DNA from: Caldivirga maquilingensis IC-167
Lineage (GTDB): Archaea; Thermoproteota; Thermoprotei; Thermoproteales; Thermocladiaceae
Length of the DNA: 32,000 nt
Assembly: GCF_000018305.1 (NCBI RefSeq)
Contig: NC_009954.1
Location: forward strand, 750,001 to 782,000
Reading direction: 5' to 3'
Shown here: positions 8,966 through 16,693 of the stretch, piece after piece
Layout: every line of letters begins with the position of its first letter
Numbering within the stretch: the stretch's first letter is position 1
Position numbers and translations under genes: made by a program
The notes under the pieces: generated by a model
What the model was told of the DNA's origin: nothing
The model's database searches: none
What the model saw: only the letters and a program-made list of their open reading frames with translations

Positions 8966-9074
8966 TGAATTAAGGCTGATCCCTTGGTTTATTAGCTTTT
9001 CCTCATGAATGCATTTTTCAGTTTCCCGGAATTAAAGCTTAATTAGTTAAGCTGTGCTAAAGGGAATTTAGGGA

Positions 9075-9884
9075 ATGCAGGAGCAGCCGTTGATGAGCCA
9101 CATCGTGGAGTTAATCAGTAGGTTGAGGAAGGCACTGTACACCATATTAATCTCATTCATCCTCGTCTTCGCATTTAAATACAGCATCATTAGGATTGAT
9201 CCACCCGGCATACTGATTATTGTGCCGACACCCTCCATAGATGATTCACTCTCAGTATCAGTAATAAACTTCTTCATTCACGCAACAGTACCTAAGGGTG
9301 TTGAGATAATAACCATATCCCCCTTTGACCCATTACTGGCTGCAGCTCAAATATCACTCTTCCTGGCGGTAATAATCGCCTTACCAATAATTCTATGGGA
9401 GGTATGGGCCTTCATATCACCCGGTCTCTATAGTCATGAAAAACGCATGCTTAAGATCTCGGTACTACCTGCAATGGTTCTCTTCGCATTAGGCGCCTTA
9501 TTCGCATACACCATTATAATACCTGTAATATTCAAGTTCTTCCTATTCTACGCCAAGGCCCTTAACGTTGAACCGACGATAAGCCTAAGATCCTTTGTGC
9601 AAACCATACTAGCCCTAATGCTCTCAATGGGCTTAGCCTTCCAGACACCGTTAATAATGACTATATTAACCAGGTTCAGGATTGTTAAGGCATCAACCTG
9701 GAGACAGTACTGGCGTTGGGGAGTCTTAGCTAGCTTCCTATTCGCATTAATAATTTCCCCAGGAACAACCGGTGGGGTAATTGAGACTACAATTGGGTTA
9801 ACCATGTCGGCACTATACATAGTAGGCATGTTAACTTCAATGGTAGTAGAGAGGAGGCAACCCCATGTTGAGAAAGCTTCCTAA
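9075..9884 (+). CDS. tatC: twin-arginine translocase subunit TatC
   Basis: The N-terminus MSHIVELISRLRKALYTILISF matches the HLxELRxRL motif. About six TM segments are present, at typical TatC length. Confidence 0.85.
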   Translation: MQEQPLMSHIVELISRLRKALYTILISFILVFAFKYSIIRIDPPGILIIVPTPSIDDSLSVSVINFFIHATVPKGVEIITISPFDPLLAAAQISLFLAVIIALPIILWEVWAFISPGLYSHEKRMLKISVLPAMVLFALGALFAYTIIIPVIFKFFLFYAKALNVEPTISLRSFVQTILALMLSMGLAFQTPLIMTILTRFRIVKASTWRQYWRWGVLASFLFALIISPGTTGGVIETTIGLTMSALYIVGMLTSMVVERRQPHVEKAS

Positions 9885-9925
9885 ACCTTAATGATTAAGC
9901 TTAATAACCACCTCTAAGTCATTAA

Positions 9926-9985
9926 CTAAGTGATGAGACCTTAACCGAATGAGACTGGTGATTAAGAACCCATGCTTACTGATTA
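9926..9985 (+). ncRNA. candidate C/D box sRNA
   Basis: C box GTGATGA 9930-9936. 12-nt guide. D' ATGA 9949-9952. C' GTGATTA 9958-9964. 14-nt spacer. D box CTGA 9979-9982. TATA TTAATAA lies at -29..-23. The second spacer is 2 nt longer than the usual 12. Confidence 0.45.
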
Positions 9986-10047
9986 CTGCATAAGCATAGG
10001 CTTAATTAATACTAAATATTTAATAATCTTAGCGTTTTCACTGAAGT

Positions 10048-10716
10048 ATGGCTAAGCTACTATTGATAAGTGACCTACATAAGACAATTGAACCTGGGGA
10101 ATATGAGGCCGTTAACTGGTTAATTGGAATCATTGATGATGTTAAGCCTGATGCATTAATATCAGCAGGTGATTGGGGTGAGTACTTGACTCAAGATGAC
10201 TTATACGCTGTTATTAGTAGAGTACCCTTAATCACGGTTTACGGGAATCATGAGAACTTCGGCTTAATTAAGCATTACGCCATTGGTGATGGTGCAATCC
10301 GCAGAATACATGGGTTAACCCTCAGTGGTATTAATGGGTTAATAAGTCAAAGCGATGGTGAATACACCATTGGGTTTAATAGGTTCATGAGGGTAATTGA
10401 TAGGATTAGGAGGAAGGTTAATTCCCTTGACCTACTCATAATGCATCAGCCACTCTACCTACCTGACCAATACCCATGGATGAAGAATGATGAATACAGT
10501 GCAATGGCCCTAGAAGCTGCTAGGCTTCTTAAACCAAGGCTACTGCTTAACGGACACATGACTGGTGAATGCTATAATTACGGTAAGTATGAGTGGGGGA
10601 ATTACCTTAGAGTTGATTCATCCCAAAGGTTCAAGTGCTATGCAGTACTCAACACTAATGACATGAGCATTAGAGTTTTTAGAGACGGTAATGAGGAGTA
10701 CACGTTTAATGCCTAA
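10048..10716 (+). CDS. metallophosphoesterase (calcineurin-like)
   Basis: The motifs SDLH, AGDWGE, GNHEN and GH appear in canonical order. Confidence 0.75.
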   Translation: MAKLLLISDLHKTIEPGEYEAVNWLIGIIDDVKPDALISAGDWGEYLTQDDLYAVISRVPLITVYGNHENFGLIKHYAIGDGAIRRIHGLTLSGINGLISQSDGEYTIGFNRFMRVIDRIRRKVNSLDLLIMHQPLYLPDQYPWMKNDEYSAMALEAARLLKPRLLLNGHMTGECYNYGKYEWGNYLRVDSSQRFKCYAVLNTNDMSIRVFRDGNEEYTFNA

Positions 10717-10839
10717 GATTAATTACCTAATTAGGTGCTTAACCCATTTCACGCACCAAGCATGTTAAAGTGTTAAGGAAATTAAACTAGGCATCCTAAG
10801 GAAAAGCATAAAAACCATTTACGCTAATAAGAGTAACAG

Positions 10840-10916
10840 GCCCCGGTAGCTCAGCCTGGGAGAGCACCCGGCTGAAGACCGGGGGGTCCCGGGTTCAAGT
10901 CCCGGCCGGGGCACCA
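10840..10916 (+). tRNA. tRNA-Phe (GAA), CCA encoded
   Basis: Manual cloverleaf: GCCCCGG UA GCUC AGCCUGGGA GAGC A CCCGG CU-GAA-GA CCGGG GGGUC CCGGG UUCAAGU CCCGG CCGGGGC A CCA. Promoter GAAAAGC-ATAAAAA lies at about -30. Confidence 0.95.
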
Positions 10917-10943
10917 TTAAATAGGAATATAGCATTTACCACA

Positions 10944-11225
10944 CTACACAGTCAAGGGTTCACCAATGCTTAGTGGCTTCAAGAAAGCCCCACCTGCATA
11001 AAACGCCTCAGCAATATCGATAATCAACCTACTGAGGTCCAAGGCACCCTTAAAGGTAATATGCACAGTAAGGTCTCAGTCACTATTCTATAATTACCTC
11101 TAACCCTAGAACCAAAGATAGACACACAAGTCTCCTAAACACACCATTTAATAATTCACCCAGTGCATGAGGTATAGGTCAATTTAAGCTTGGCCAAGTA
11201 ACCACGAACCCTAATCTTCAACTTA
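10944..11225 (-). pseudogene. decayed minimal nucleotidyltransferase (MNT-type, Pol-beta superfamily) gene remnant
   Basis: The minus-strand frames read ...CVSIFGSRVRGNYR, then a frameshift, then NSD*DLTVHITFKGALDLSRLIIDIAEAF.... This is the FGSRxRG...SDxDL catalytic signature interrupted by one frameshift and in-frame stops. No ORF of 60 aa or more lies in this 450-bp gap. Confidence 0.45.
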
Positions 11226-11368
11226 CTTCCCTTAATAATCTTAACGATGGTTCACCTAATCTAATTACTGCATAACTTATTTGGATGCAAGGAAGCAACT
11301 TAAATTAATGCTGCAGTTACGTAAAGTCCATGTCCATGGTGTTCATTATTCTAGTCTAACTTAGCATA

Positions 11369-12646
11369 TTAATATTTAAATGATCTGCTTCTAAGCATTA
11401 GCATTTCAACTATTAAATCCTTTGCGGCATCATTAACCCATGGTGGAATGTTAATTAAGGCATCTGCTTCAGCTAGGGTGGATGTGAATGAACTACCTGT
11501 TATCTTCAATGGTTTAACAATATAACCATTATTATCCACCTCCACCTTAGCTCTTACCTGTCTCCAAAGACCCCTACCTGGTTCAGTTGATTCAAGTAAC
11601 CTGCCATAGGCCTTGGGTAAAGGCACTGTGCTCACAATGCTTAACATGTTTCTTACAAATGGTTCTATTAATAGGCTTAAGGCATTTAATGCGCTTATTG
11701 GGTGTCCACTTACACCAAAGGCTACATGACAGTCATCGAATACTGCAACGGTGGATGGTCTACCTGGTCTCATTTTAATACCTCTAACGTAGTACTTGGG
11801 TTTCAATGCTGTTAAGGTATCATGCACGTAATCAATACCACTTGGTCTGGTTCCACCAGTGATTACTATAATGTTTGATTTCCTTAACCCATCGGTAACT
11901 GAACTTAGTATTTCATCGTAAGAATCATTAATAATGATATGCTTTAATACTGTTACATAAGGCATGTAATTGCTCATAAACCATTCAATTAATAAACCAG
12001 TGCTCTCAATAACCTTACCCGTCATGAATTCATTTAAAGCCCCCTCAGGGGTTCTTGGTTTAACCAACTCACTGCCCGTTGAAATTATAGTAACCTTAAG
12101 TCTATTATAGAATTGAGCCTTAAAGACCCCTGTCTCAAGTAGTGCGGAAAGTATGTAAGGTGTTAATACTGTGCCTTTACTGACAAGTAATTGACCCTTC
12201 TTGGCGTATGAACCAGGTTCATCAATGTTATCGCCTGTTGAATATGCCTTATTAATTATTACTGAATCACCATTAACAGTAGCATCCTCCTCAGGTACAA
12301 CAACATCAGCTCCTTTAGGTAAGTAGGCTCCAGTGGTCACATAATACGTCTCCCCTACTCTCAATTCACGGTTAGGTAATTGACCTATTAGTATTGAGCC
12401 AACTAACTTAAATACACCAGGTGTTTCACCTGCCTTAACCGCAAACCCATCGTAGACAGCCTTAGGCATAATAGGTGTATCAAACGGTGCAATAATGTCA
12501 TTAGCTAAAACTAAACCCACAGCATCCCATAGTGCCATTTCACTAACCTCAGGATTACACCTAGGTGCATTACTCAATACTTCGTTTAAATCATGTAACG
12601 TAATATACTTATCTTCATGAAGTCTCATTAAGCATGATAAATTCAC
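11369..12646 (-). CDS. moeA: molybdopterin molybdenumtransferase MoeA
   Basis: 425 aa. Contains MPKAVYDGFAV (S/MDGYAV motif) and TGAYLPKGADVVVPEEDA. The domain order is that of MoeA, with an ITGGTRPS block. Confidence 0.85.
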   Translation of the reverse strand: MNLSCLMRLHEDKYITLHDLNEVLSNAPRCNPEVSEMALWDAVGLVLANDIIAPFDTPIMPKAVYDGFAVKAGETPGVFKLVGSILIGQLPNRELRVGETYYVTTGAYLPKGADVVVPEEDATVNGDSVIINKAYSTGDNIDEPGSYAKKGQLLVSKGTVLTPYILSALLETGVFKAQFYNRLKVTIISTGSELVKPRTPEGALNEFMTGKVIESTGLLIEWFMSNYMPYVTVLKHIIINDSYDEILSSVTDGLRKSNIIVITGGTRPSGIDYVHDTLTALKPKYYVRGIKMRPGRPSTVAVFDDCHVAFGVSGHPISALNALSLLIEPFVRNMLSIVSTVPLPKAYGRLLESTEPGRGLWRQVRAKVEVDNNGYIVKPLKITGSSFTSTLAEADALINIPPWVNDAAKDLIVEMLMLRSRSFKY

Positions 12647-12772
12647 CTTTAGTTTTTAAACCCATTGCGAATGATTTTTTCTCAATAATGGATAGTCGCA
12701 TCTATGCGCTAATACTTTATCAAGTACTTTGATTCTAGAATATAATATTTCTTTATTATCTTAATATCTTAC

Positions 12773-12860
12773 TGGTGCGGGGGGTGGGATTTGAACCCAC
12801 GCAGGCCTACGCCAACGGATCTTAAGTCCGCCCCCTTTGACCAGGCTCGGGCACCCCCGC
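12773..12860 (-). tRNA. tRNA-Leu (UAA), long variable arm, CCA encoded
   Basis: Manual cloverleaf: GCGGGGG ... GCGGA CU-UAA-GA UCCGU, 14-nt variable arm, GUGGG UUCAAAU CCCAC CCCCCGC A CCA. TATA TTAAAA lies at about -26. Confidence 0.95.
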
Positions 12861-12971
12861 CATTAGGTAATGCACTATTGGGCTTTTAAGGTTTTCTCAT
12901 TATTATCTGGGTCTACTTCCTTAAACTTAATACCATGGGATGCCGCATCTCAGTTAAGTCAAGTTGAGTGA

Positions 12972-13475
12972 CTAATCTTTAAGTATTAGGATTATGAGCC
13001 CAATTGTTTTAATTAAATCACCTATTAATGAGATGTAAGTATTCTTAATCAGTATTAAGGGTAAACCCACGGTAAATATAACGGCACCCCAGAAGAACAC
13101 GTGTGCTGCTGGTTTATTGAAGTCAAGTAATCTTAAGTAAAGGGATACACCAGCTATGGGTTCTAGGAAGTAGCCTAAGACTATTAATTCGGCACCAAGC
13201 ATCTTATGTTCAGTAAGCAGTATTAAACCCATTAATGTTACTATCAATGCTAATACACCGGCATACTTCATTAACTGCCTAATCTTTAAGGCGGCTAAAA
13301 CATAGGATACGTAGGCTGCAATTCCCATGACCCAAAGCATCCACATTACTACTAAAACCCATAGGTAAAACACTGCTTGTATCCCATGAATCATTATTCC
13401 TAAGAGAACCAGTAGTATTAAGACTCCTGCAATTAGGCTTATTGTGTTACCTAAACGTAAATACCTAACCGACAC
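12972..13475 (-). CDS. integral membrane protein (hypothetical)
   Basis: 167 aa with about five hydrophobic helices. I recognise no family. Confidence 0.6.
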   Translation of the reverse strand: MSVRYLRLGNTISLIAGVLILLVLLGIMIHGIQAVFYLWVLVVMWMLWVMGIAAYVSYVLAALKIRQLMKYAGVLALIVTLMGLILLTEHKMLGAELIVLGYFLEPIAGVSLYLRLLDFNKPAAHVFFWGAVIFTVGLPLILIKNTYISLIGDLIKTIGLIILILKD

Positions 13476-13561
13476 ACCCCAGTGATCTCACCTGACTTTA
13501 TAATAATTTATTAATCCATGAAATATTCAGTATAATAATCATAGTTTCATTATTGAGCTGG

Positions 13562-13622
13562 AAAAAAGCCCTGGGTATTGGTGATCGGCGCCGTATACTT
13601 GACCGGGCTATACTACCGGGGC
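13562..13622 (-). tRNA. orphan tRNA 5' piece (acceptor 5' strand + D-arm + tail + oligo-T); candidate split-tRNA gene fragment
   Basis: The minus strand reads GCCCCGG UA GUAU AGCCCGGUCAA GUAU A, then CGGCGCCGAUCACCAAUACCCAGGGC UUUUUU. No anticodon loop or T-arm is present. Promoter GGAAAGC-TTATTTAA is centred about -27, and the unit ends in a T6 terminator. Confidence 0.5.
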
Positions 13623-13698
13623 TAACACCCACTATGTGCTTGGCTTAAATAAGCTTTCCGCAATGTAATGCTTAATAGGGTTTAGGTTCAGCATCCTC

Positions 13699-14307
13699 AT
13701 GGTTATCATTTACCTGGTTAGGCATGGTGAATCAACGCTTAATAGAGAGGGGGTGTTGCAGAGTAGGGACATTAACGTGGGTTCATTAACAGAGAGGGGT
13801 AGGTTGGAGGCGTTATGCGCTGCAAGGTTTCTTAAGAATATGGCTAAGGGTGTGGGGAGGATTATTTCATCCCCACTTCTTAGGGCTAGGGAAACCGCCA
13901 GTATTATTGCTAATGAAATTAAGGCTGAGTTGATTATTGATGAAAGGGTTAGGGAAGTTAATATGGGTGAGTGGGAGATGATGAGGATCAGTGATATAGG
14001 GCCTGAATTCCTAAAATACTCAAGGGATCCCCTTAAACACCCACCACCTGGCGGTGAGAATGCTGAGGCGGTGTTAGGTAGGGTAATTAATATGATTAAT
14101 GAGTTAATGGAGGATACTGTGGTGGTTTCCCACTACCAACCCATAGCCTCATTAATAACTCACGTTATTGGTTCAAGCCAAAGCAACATTTATAGGATCA
14201 GGATTGATACTGGTTCTGTGTCAGCGGTTTTTAGGGATGACGAGTGGGGTGATTGGAGGGTCTTATTTGTAAACATTAAGCCATTTAATTTTCTAAACTG
14301 CAAATGA
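13699..14307 (+). CDS. histidine phosphatase family protein (phosphoglycerate mutase-like)
   Basis: The N-terminal catalytic motif is YLVRHGESTLN. A later SSPLLRARETA block and a conserved H are present. Given the cobalamin genes nearby it could be an alpha-ribazole phosphatase type, but that is unproven. Confidence 0.8.
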   Translation: MVIIYLVRHGESTLNREGVLQSRDINVGSLTERGRLEALCAARFLKNMAKGVGRIISSPLLRARETASIIANEIKAELIIDERVREVNMGEWEMMRISDIGPEFLKYSRDPLKHPPPGGENAEAVLGRVINMINELMEDTVVVSHYQPIASLITHVIGSSQSNIYRIRIDTGSVSAVFRDDEWGDWRVLFVNIKPFNFLNCK

Positions 14308-14405
14308 ATTATTCTATTTTTAGCAATTGAAAATACTATATTATATTTATAAGGGTATTATTAATTAAAGATAATGCTTTTAAATTAGTTAAAAATAATA
14401 GACGT

Positions 14406-14594
14406 ATGGCCATTGAGTATGTATGCCGCTGGTGCGGTTTCATACTATATAAGGGTGATAAACCTAAGAGCGCTGAAGACGTGGCTAGGTACTGGGGTGG
14501 TAAGTGCCCAAGATGCTTAAGCCCCATATCTAAAATACCCCATAAGATTGAAGTATTACCTGTTAGGAAGGCAAACCAAATTGGTGAGGTTTAA
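14406..14594 (+). CDS. small zinc-ribbon protein
   Basis: 62 aa with CRWC...CPRC (two CxxC pairs). A very AT-rich promoter region lies upstream. Confidence 0.55.
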   Translation: MAIEYVCRWCGFILYKGDKPKSAEDVARYWGGKCPRCLSPISKIPHKIEVLPVRKANQIGEV

Positions 14595-14620
14595 AACACT
14601 AATTAATGTAACCCTTAATT

Positions 14621-15643
14621 ATGATTAAAATAGCCTTAATAGGGTTTGGTAATGTTGGGAAATCCTTCGCAAGGGTATTAATCAATAGGGCCACTGAATT
14701 AACTAAGCTGGGGCTAGAACCCTGCGTAATAGGTGTACTTGCATCAAGGGGTGGTTTAATTAATGATAACTGCATAGGTGGTGGAACACTCATGGACTTA
14801 GTTAATAAAGGCCTATATAATGCGCCTGGCTTTAAGGCAGTTAATTTAAGGGACTTAATTAAACTTAAACCAGACATCGCAGTAGTATCAATACCACCAA
14901 GTTACCGCACTGGTGAACCGAATCTAACAATATATAGGTTATTGATAAGTGAAGGCGTATCAGTTATTACCGCTGATAAAACAGGATTAGCCTTAGCCTA
15001 CTGGGAATTAATCAATGAGTCAAGGGCTAGGGGAGTCTTCCTAGGCTTCACGGCTACGGTTATGGCTGGTACGCCGGTGATTCAACTGATTAAGGGATTA
15101 AGGGGTAGGGTTGTTGAAAGCATTGAAGGTGTTTTAAACGCTACGTCAAATTACGTCCTAACCCTTGTGGAGAATGGATTAACCATGAGTGAAGCCGTTA
15201 AGAAGGCTATTGAGGAGAAGATCGCTGAACCAGACCCAGCAATAGACCTAGGTGGCTTAGACGCTGCCGCTAAGGCAACCATACTTGCTAATGTGCTGGG
15301 CCTTAATGTGAGCTTAAGGGATGTTAATGTTCAATCATTAATGAGCCTTAAGGATGATTACATTAAGGAATGCGCAAGGAGGGGTGTTAGGGTTAAGCAA
15401 GTTGCCTCAATAAGCTTAACCAGCAGGGTATTAAGCGTTAAGCCAATGGAGGTTCCAACAGGTAGTGTGCTTGGCTCCATTACAGGTAACTACAATGCCT
15501 TAGTAATTAGGCTTAATGATGGGAAGGAAATAACGGTAATAGGCCCAACAGGCCCGGCTGAGGCAACAGCCGAGGTAATGTTCAGTGATTTACTTGAATA
15601 CGCCGACTTATTACTAACCATGGGAAAGCGTATTAAGGGTTAA
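14621..15643 (+). CDS. hom: homoserine dehydrogenase
   Basis: N-terminal Rossmann motif IALIGFGNVGKSF. Also LNATSNYVL and AEPDPAIDLGGLDAAAKATILAN, which are characteristic homoserine dehydrogenase blocks. Confidence 0.85.
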   Translation: MIKIALIGFGNVGKSFARVLINRATELTKLGLEPCVIGVLASRGGLINDNCIGGGTLMDLVNKGLYNAPGFKAVNLRDLIKLKPDIAVVSIPPSYRTGEPNLTIYRLLISEGVSVITADKTGLALAYWELINESRARGVFLGFTATVMAGTPVIQLIKGLRGRVVESIEGVLNATSNYVLTLVENGLTMSEAVKKAIEEKIAEPDPAIDLGGLDAAAKATILANVLGLNVSLRDVNVQSLMSLKDDYIKECARRGVRVKQVASISLTSRVLSVKPMEVPTGSVLGSITGNYNALVIRLNDGKEITVIGPTGPAEATAEVMFSDLLEYADLLLTMGKRIKG

Positions 15644-15657
15644 GCCTATTAAGGCAG

Positions 15658-15716
15658 TTGAGTGATGTGGATCTCGAGTCCTGAGTGAGTGAAGAAGGCT
15701 CGCATGGCTGATTTTT
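15658..15716 (+). ncRNA. candidate C/D box sRNA
   Basis: C GTGATGT 15662-15668. 12-nt guide GGATCTCGAGTC. D' CTGA 15681-15684. 4-nt loop. C' GTGAAGA 15689-15695. 12-nt guide AGGCTCGCATGG. D CTGA 15708-15711. T5 run 15712-15716. TATA GTATTAA lies at -32..-26, inside the end of hom. Confidence 0.6.
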
Positions 15717-15721
15717 AAGGT

Positions 15722-16264
15722 TCACCAAGGCTCATTCTTAAGACCAAGTAAGTATGCACCAGCATTAGTGGCTAAGTGAATCGGGGGAGTTATTAACACT
15801 GCGGTTACAGCCACTGGTAGTGGTAATAGGCTTGGGTCAATTAAGTAGAGTGAGAGTAGGGAGGCTAGGAGGAAGTCAAGTTGATCAAGTAATGGGGCTG
15901 GTTCACCCCTCCTTAACCCAAGCCTCCTCTTAATGAAGGCACCCAACATATCGCCTAAAAGCGCAGCCACAGACATTATGAAGGAGTCAAGCATTGTAGG
16001 GTACTTGAGTATTGGTGCTGTTAATGAACCAATAATGTAGACTACAAGGTAACCACCCAGTGTCCCTAAGGTAACACCCATTATGAATCCCTCATAGGTT
16101 TTACCATCCCCCAGAATCCTCCTACCATCCTTAAGGGATTTATTAAAGTCAATGGGGTGAAGCCTACCCCTGAAAACCCTCTTAGCTAGAACAGGGGTTG
16201 CATTAGCCACGTAGGGTGGCCATATTATGAGTAATGCTTGAGCAATCAATAATCCAATATTCAT
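15722..16264 (-). CDS. carS: CDP-archaeol synthase (CarS)
   Basis: The block PPYVANATPVL...HPIDFNKSLKDGRRILGDGKTYEGF is the CarS/DUF46 signature. I favour ATG 16264 (MNIGLLIAQ...), 1 nt after the upstream stop. The longer alternative starts at ATG 16285. Confidence 0.85.
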   Translation of the reverse strand: MNIGLLIAQALLIIWPPYVANATPVLAKRVFRGRLHPIDFNKSLKDGRRILGDGKTYEGFIMGVTLGTLGGYLVVYIIGSLTAPILKYPTMLDSFIMSVAALLGDMLGAFIKRRLGLRRGEPAPLLDQLDFLLASLLSLYLIDPSLLPLPVAVTAVLITPPIHLATNAGAYLLGLKNEPW

Positions 16265-16265
16265 G

Positions 16266-16661
16266 CTAATCCATCGGCCTCTCATGGAATGTAGATAAGT
16301 GAGCTAAGGCCGATGACCTATACTTAAACACTCTACCACAGGCCAGGCAAACCCAAAGCATTACACTACCCTTCCTGAAGCCCGCAATCATATGCTCCTT
16401 CATATGCCTCATGGCCTGTCCCTCACCCTGAACCTTAGCCTGACAAATATCACAGGTGTAATTCCTTCCACCAACCTTAAGATGCCTCCTCATGTGTGTT
16501 ACAATGGATTCAATAGGCACCTTCTGCCCACACTTAGGACAAGTCACCTCAATGGGCTGAGATACCACAGTGTAGTCAAGCTTCAATCCCTTAACATCAC
16601 CCATGTAGTTGCATATAGGGCAAACCACCACCTTTAAAGGTGCATAAGCCGCCTCAGCCAT
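16266..16661 (-). CDS. C2H2-type zinc-finger protein (three fingers plus an N-terminal CxxC)
   Basis: The three fingers are CPKC-x11-H-x3-H, CDIC-x12-H-x3-H and CLAC-x12-H-x4-H. A CPIC lies near the N-terminus. Confidence 0.7.
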   Translation of the reverse strand: MAEAAYAPLKVVVCPICNYMGDVKGLKLDYTVVSQPIEVTCPKCGQKVPIESIVTHMRRHLKVGGRNYTCDICQAKVQGEGQAMRHMKEHMIAGFRKGSVMLWVCLACGRVFKYRSSALAHLSTFHERPMD

Positions 16662-16693
16662 GATTCACCATTTGCCCTCGACCTTTTTAAGCA

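Noticed and set aside
8966-9074. Permuted tRNA, with the 3' half upstream of the 5' half, for fragments A and B
   Set aside because: No GTTCRAATC-type T-loop or matching acceptor 3' strand occurs within about 100 nt upstream of either fragment. Only the BRE/TATA promoter is there.
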